Shown here piece by piece: positions 59,239-64,000 of a stretch of 64,000 bases of DNA (position 1 is the first letter of the stretch; the number at the start of each line of letters is the position of its first letter). The stretch comes from Clostridia bacterium. GTDB lineage: Bacteria > Bacillota > Clostridia > Oscillospirales > CAG-272. Location: positions 1,127-65,126 of the forward strand of contig JAGATD010000049.1 of the NCBI GenBank assembly GCA_017621415.1, read 5' to 3'. The notes beneath the pieces were generated by a model. That model was not told the origin of the DNA, did no database searches, and worked only from the letters and a program-made list of their open reading frames with translations. Position numbers and translations under genes: made by a program.

Positions 59239-61269
59239 ATGGAACGCAAAATAATTAAAGGTATATCCACTCTTAACCCTGTTGATGTTGAGAGAGAGTA
59301 TTATCTTTACACCGTTGATTATGCGATAAAGCACGGCTTTGACCACTACCAGCTTATCGGTCCCATTCACGACGGAACAAAGGGCAATATTGACGGAATG
59401 ACCTTTTCTAAAAAATACGCTCAGTTCAACGATGAGAAAGATGCCGACTACGTAAACTACTGCCTCGAGGTAGTTAATGAGGGTCTTGAGAAGCTGGCTG
59501 CCGCAGGAATCAAAACCTATATGTGGCATCACGAATTAGAGCTGCCCTATGCATTTAATGCGGCATTTCCCGAGGCTCTTAACGACTACGGTGACATTGA
59601 GGTAACTCACCCTGTTGTTAAAGACTACCTTGAAAATAAAATCCGCGATTTCTTTGAGGCATATCCAAAAATGGACGGCATTATTCTTACCCTCCACGAA
59701 ACAAAGGTGCCTCTCCTCAAGTTGAAAAATCAAAAGCTCACGCCAACAGAGCGTGTAAAGTACGTAACAGAGATTCTCTACAATACCTGCGCAGAGCTTG
59801 GAAAGGAGCTTATAGTACGTCCCTTTGCCAGTATCGAAGAGGATTACGAAATGATGACTAAGGCATATGAGGAAATCTCTACCGACCTTATTATCATGGA
59901 TAAATGGACACAGTTTGACTGGTCGCTTTGCCTGCCTGACAATCGCTTCTTTGCAAAAATCAAAAACAATCCTCTTTTTGTTGAGGGCGATATCTTTGGC
60001 GAATTCTTTGGCAAGGGCAGACTTCCTCTTATGCTCCGCTCACACATAGTTAACAAGTTTACTTATAGCGAAAAATTCTCCCCTATCGGATATGTCGCGC
60101 GTATTGACAGAGCGGGGCTTGACCCGTTTGGTGAGGTTAATGAAGTAAACCTTGTTATTATGCACGCAGTGCTCTCGGGTGATAATGTTGACGAAAGAAT
60201 AAACGAGTTCTTTAACAAAAAGTACGGCAAAGCCGGCGCCGGTGTTCGCGAAATAATGGAGCACACAGAGGATATCCTAAAGAAGGTAATATACCTTAAG
60301 GGCTATTATTACAGTCAGCTCTCCCTCTTCCCCTGCCTCAACCACTGCAAAAATCACTTCTATTTCGAAATGATGCGTGATGATTGGCGAATAGCTTCAA
60401 ACGAGTGGTTTATTCCTATCGGTTGGGACAGAGGCTCGCTTGACAGTGTTATGGAGGAAAAGGCTTCCGCAGTACGTGAGGCAGCCGAGGCTCTTACAAA
60501 GCTTGAGGCGCTCAAGGACGAAATTGAGCCTTCTGCTTACGAAAACCTTTATACCAAGTTCAAGAATCTTGAGCTCGTCGCAAAAATATGGAAGACCCTT
60601 ACCGATGTATTCTACGACTACGCAAAATATTTTGAGTACGGTGACGAAAAGTACAAGGTGGCATTCTACAATGACACAAACAAGCTTTCCGCCCTTAACG
60701 AGGAGGGTAAAAAGGCACTTGGCGACAGCTTCTACTGCATAAGCGGAGACAGCCTGGTGGGAGCCGGAAGATATGAGCTTATTGCCATGTTCCTTGAAGA
60801 AATAAAGGAGAGCTTCTGGCTTGAAGCAAAGGCAAAAGCCGAGCTTGACTCAGAGGAGCTCTATGATTATATTATCGCCGGAGGCGCATCCGAGGGTCAC
60901 GCTCTAATGAAAGAGGTAAACTTCAGCGATACTCTTGTATTTGACGGAGCTCTTTGCCGAATACCCGGTCATATGCGCAGAAAGGGCAATACTATAAAGA
61001 GCACTATTAACGCCCATGGCTGGTTCACCTATGAGATAAAGATAAGACCCTGTGAAGAAAACGAGATAGTAATAACCGCAGGCGGATATGATGACACGGT
61101 TGATATGCGTGTTACTGTGGGAGATAAGGTTTACAACTTTAGCGGCAACGGTAATTTTAACGAGTATGTTATAAGATATGCCGCAGCTGCTGACGAAACC
61201 AAGGTTCGGGTACGTATTGACCGCATTTCTCCCAATGCCCCCTTGGTACGCTCTATAAAGATTAAATAA
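59239..61269 (+). CDS. Hypothetical 676-aa cytoplasmic protein, possibly glycoside hydrolase-like
   Basis: Long ORF with RBS and own promoter; barrel-like N-terminal pattern and beta-rich C-terminus; no family recognised with certainty. Confidence 0.6.
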   Translation: MERKIIKGISTLNPVDVEREYYLYTVDYAIKHGFDHYQLIGPIHDGTKGNIDGMTFSKKYAQFNDEKDADYVNYCLEVVNEGLEKLAAAGIKTYMWHHELELPYAFNAAFPEALNDYGDIEVTHPVVKDYLENKIRDFFEAYPKMDGIILTLHETKVPLLKLKNQKLTPTERVKYVTEILYNTCAELGKELIVRPFASIEEDYEMMTKAYEEISTDLIIMDKWTQFDWSLCLPDNRFFAKIKNNPLFVEGDIFGEFFGKGRLPLMLRSHIVNKFTYSEKFSPIGYVARIDRAGLDPFGEVNEVNLVIMHAVLSGDNVDERINEFFNKKYGKAGAGVREIMEHTEDILKKVIYLKGYYYSQLSLFPCLNHCKNHFYFEMMRDDWRIASNEWFIPIGWDRGSLDSVMEEKASAVREAAEALTKLEALKDEIEPSAYENLYTKFKNLELVAKIWKTLTDVFYDYAKYFEYGDEKYKVAFYNDTNKLSALNEEGKKALGDSFYCISGDSLVGAGRYELIAMFLEEIKESFWLEAKAKAELDSEELYDYIIAGGASEGHALMKEVNFSDTLVFDGALCRIPGHMRRKGNTIKSTINAHGWFTYEIKIRPCEENEIVITAGGYDDTVDMRVTVGDKVYNFSGNGNFNEYVIRYAAAADETKVRVRIDRISPNAPLVRSIKIK

Positions 61270-61392
61270 TTCATTGACAATCGGTGATTGATAATTTTTT
61301 ACAGTATTTTATTATTTTAATTGACTTTTTTGGATATATATGATATAATTTCCCTTAGGATATAGTCCAAAAAACAGAACGGAGCATTTTTT

Positions 61393-62322
61393 ATGAAAAA
61401 GAGTTTATACTTTTTGCTTTTGGCGCTCCTTATTGCTATTATGTCAATAGCATTTACAGGGTGCACCGAAGACGAAACAGAAAATGAAACAGACCCCGAA
61501 AACTGCCAACACATTTTTAACGAAGAGCTTGGTTACACCGGCGACGACGAAGCTCACTGGTATGCTTGTACCTTGGGCTGCGGCGCAAAATACAAGATTG
61601 AAAAGCACGTATGGGGCGACATTAACGAAGCGACTATAACAAAGCAGCCCACCTGCGAGGAAGAGGGACACGCTACCTTAAAGTGTACTGTTTGCGATAA
61701 GGAAAAAATTGAACTTATCCCTAAAACAAAGCATACTGTAGGTGCGGGCTACTCATCAAACACGACTCACCACTGGCAGACATGCGGCGGTTGCAACGCA
61801 GAGATGAACAAGGAAGAGCACAGCCTCAAAATTGCTCACTATGACCAAAATCAGCACTGGCTTGAGTGCGTGTGCGGAGCTCAGGGAGAAAAAGCGAATC
61901 ACTCTTGGGTAACCGTTAACGAAACAACGATGGAGTGCTCTGACGAAAACTGCCAGGCTACAAAAACAATCGTAGCAGAGGGTCATACATGTACATATGA
62001 TAACGGCAGAGTAACACAGGAAGCGACCTGCTCTACCCCCGGTGTAATGACATACACCTGCACCGACCCGAATTGCGGCGCTACCTATACCGCATCTATT
62101 GAGACCACCGACCACGTATACAACGGCGCGTGGGACCACAACGATACCCACCACTGGAGAAACTGCAAGTGTGGTGCAAAGGCTCCCGAGTCCGAAAGAG
62201 AGCCTCACAAATATAGCGACAAGCCCACAACCGACGGTTACGATAAGGTTTATGAGTGCGAGTGCGGACTCTTTAAGACCGAGGGCTCAACAGGCTATAT
62301 AGATCCCGACGGTTGGACCTAA
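61393..62322 (+). CDS. Cys/His-rich repeat lipoprotein
   Basis: Lipobox AFTG-C; repeated HWxxC..CG and (P/A)TC...G...CTxC units; promoter TTGACT-17-TATAAT at 61321. Confidence 0.8.
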   Translation: MKKSLYFLLLALLIAIMSIAFTGCTEDETENETDPENCQHIFNEELGYTGDDEAHWYACTLGCGAKYKIEKHVWGDINEATITKQPTCEEEGHATLKCTVCDKEKIELIPKTKHTVGAGYSSNTTHHWQTCGGCNAEMNKEEHSLKIAHYDQNQHWLECVCGAQGEKANHSWVTVNETTMECSDENCQATKTIVAEGHTCTYDNGRVTQEATCSTPGVMTYTCTDPNCGATYTASIETTDHVYNGAWDHNDTHHWRNCKCGAKAPESEREPHKYSDKPTTDGYDKVYECECGLFKTEGSTGYIDPDGWT

Positions 62323-62335
62323 TAATAAACTATTA

Positions 62336-62450
62336 TTGCCCTGCGGGCAAGCTATGAGTTATGAGGGGCTTTGCCGTGTTATGATGCGCCTCGCGCAGTT
62401 TTAGGGGCAATAACACCTTAACATTTGCGGCTGAGCCTTATTACTCTAAG
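62336..62450. repeat. GTTATGA-type heptamers interspersed with short hairpins
   Basis: TTGCCC-TGC-GGGCAA, GCTATGA, GTTATGA x2, TGCGC-CTC-GCGCA, GTTTTAG. Confidence 0.5.
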
Positions 62451-62458
62451 CAAAATTT

Positions 62459-62508
62459 AAGAGAGAACATTGCGGAGTTAAATCCGTTTTGTTCTCTCTT
62501 CTTTTTTT
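62459..62508. terminator. Terminator between convergent genes
   Basis: AAGAGAGAACA..TGTTCTCTCTT followed by a T run. Confidence 0.7.
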
Positions 62509-62517
62509 ATTTGTTAA

Positions 62518-63753
62518 TTATTCGCCTTTGTTTTCCTCTGCAGGCTCTGAGTCCAACGAGGATTTTTTCTTTTTTACAGCTCTTAAAGTCACGAAAACAA
62601 CAGTTTCTATTACTCCTACCGCGCAAATGACAATTACAGAGGTTATTAAAGCAACTGTCAGATCATTTTCGGTTCTTATCTTGTCAAAATCAATAGTGAC
62701 ACCCTCGCCGTCATCGGCATCACCGCCAGGTCCTATCGGCAAAGAGATAACAGGAAGCTGTCGGCGGCAAATGCTGCATTTGTTATCCGAGCCGGCTGTA
62801 TGAAGCTCGATATTCTGCTTTTCACCGCAGGAGCACTCCTGCCAATGGGCAGCGTCACTGCTCTTGTACTCTACGCCAAAGCTGTGAAAATGGTCTCCCT
62901 CGGTGACAAATGAGCAAACCGAGCACATTTCACCAATATGTACCGAATAGTCCTTTTTCTTGCCGCAAGCCGAGCATCCGTGCCAGTGGCCGTCTTTTCC
63001 TACAAGCCATGACTCAGTGTAGCTATGGCTAAAGGCCGCATCGCCTGTGAACTTCTCGCTTCCCTTTGCTCCGCAAGCGCAGCTGAAGTAAAATTCAGCG
63101 GTGTCAGCGCAGGTTACGGGGCTTACAAGATATCCTGCCGTATTCACCTTTTTATCATAGGTATGCGGTGTAGGCTCACCTACATTAAATGTGGAAGTTC
63201 CCTTTTCACCGCAAATCGAGCAAGAATAATAATACTTAGCGGAAGAAGTGCAAGAGGCGGGGCTTGCCTGGTAGGTTGTATCCTGTTTTGTAAAGCTATG
63301 GTTACATGTTACGGTTATTTTGCCCTCTGTGTTTGTTACAGGCAGGTCTGCGTTTCCGGCTTTAAGCTGAATTTTGCACTGAACGGCAGTGTCACCGAGG
63401 GGCGCATCGGTAAGCACCTTAAACCTTACGGAAAAGATATTACCGCTGACAGAGCCCTCACCGTTAAAAGCGAAAGCTCCCTTGCTTGTCGCCTTGTCAA
63501 AGTTAGAAAGCAGTGCGCCTTGAACATTAAAGCTTCCGTCAATAAGCTCTAGCCTTGTACTGTCAAAAATCACCTCTACAGCTCCGGAGTTTACCCCCTC
63601 GGTGGAGGACACCGAGACGTTAAGAGTAACGGTGTCGCCCTTGGCGCAGGACTTTGTTTCTGTGGTTGCGGTGCTACCCGCGGCGCTTGCGGAAAATGCA
63701 AAAAGTGTAAGCAGCAATGCTGCGGTTATTATAGCAATTATTCTTTTTTTCAT
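62518..63753 (-). CDS. Secreted cohesin-domain protein with Cys/His repeats and C-terminal membrane anchor
   Basis: Signal peptide (ASA-A); [33 protein letters not shown] cohesin-like; HW repeats; TM followed by KKKK. Confidence 0.75.
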   Translation of the reverse strand: MKKRIIAIITAALLLTLFAFSASAAGSTATTETKSCAKGDTVTLNVSVSSTEGVNSGAVEVIFDSTRLELIDGSFNVQGALLSNFDKATSKGAFAFNGEGSVSGNIFSVRFKVLTDAPLGDTAVQCKIQLKAGNADLPVTNTEGKITVTCNHSFTKQDTTYQASPASCTSSAKYYYSCSICGEKGTSTFNVGEPTPHTYDKKVNTAGYLVSPVTCADTAEFYFSCACGAKGSEKFTGDAAFSHSYTESWLVGKDGHWHGCSACGKKKDYSVHIGEMCSVCSFVTEGDHFHSFGVEYKSSDAAHWQECSCGEKQNIELHTAGSDNKCSICRRQLPVISLPIGPGGDADDGEGVTIDFDKIRTENDLTVALITSVIVICAVGVIETVVFVTLRAVKKKKSSLDSEPAEENKGE

Positions 63754-64000
63754 ATTTCTTCGTCTTCTTTCTTTACAGATACTTTTGCAGGGATAAGGGC
63801 GGAGGCGGGAGTTATTGCAGGCTGAGTATTCCTGAGCGGATAGTCCTCAGGGAAGAATGTATACATCAGGAGATATACCGCATCTCCCGAGTTCACCTCG
63901 CCGTCACCGTCAAAGTCGCTCTCCTGTTTTTGAGCATCTGTTATAGGATAATCCTCCGGGAAGAAGGTGTTCATCAAAAGATATACCGCATCAGCCGATG
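63750..64000 (-). CDS. C-terminal part of a dockerin-domain protein
   Basis: Duplicated dockerin repeat: ..[18 protein letters not shown] / [27 protein letters not shown]. Confidence 0.85.
   Translation of the reverse strand, partial: SADAVYLLMNTFFPEDYPITDAQKQESDFDGDGEVNSGDAVYLLMYTFFPEDYPLRNTQPAITPASALIPAKVSVKKEDEEI

Overview
A 64 kb chromosomal segment from an anaerobic Clostridia-type Firmicute (inferred from gene content: tepA, sepF cluster, fused PurL, cohesin/dockerin). It is mostly housekeeping: pcrA, hisS, mrnC, yggS-sepF-yggT-lspA-rluD, ABC-F-ribF-prmA-rsmE, greA-lysS, and a ZTP-riboswitch-controlled pur operon. Also present are a glycine riboswitch/AGCS transporter, an amino-acid ABC transporter, two uncharacterised regulator-linked sugar loci, and Cys/His-repeat surface proteins with a cohesin-dockerin pair. 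I found no tRNA, rRNA, CRISPR-Cas, integrase or transposase. The most notable observations are: (1) a PurF whose glutaminase site is lost (no Cys1, HNG changed to TSG), suggesting NH3-only purine synthesis; (2) an inverted double array of ATATCGA heptamers separated by unrelated palindromic spacers inside the pur operon; (3) a 114-bp duplication of the lysS 3' end with only synonymous differences, flanking a REP-like hairpin; (4) a DnaA-box cluster upstream of pcrA; (5) glycoside-hydrolase homologues with lost catalytic residues. All calls come from reading motifs by eye; no database search was run.
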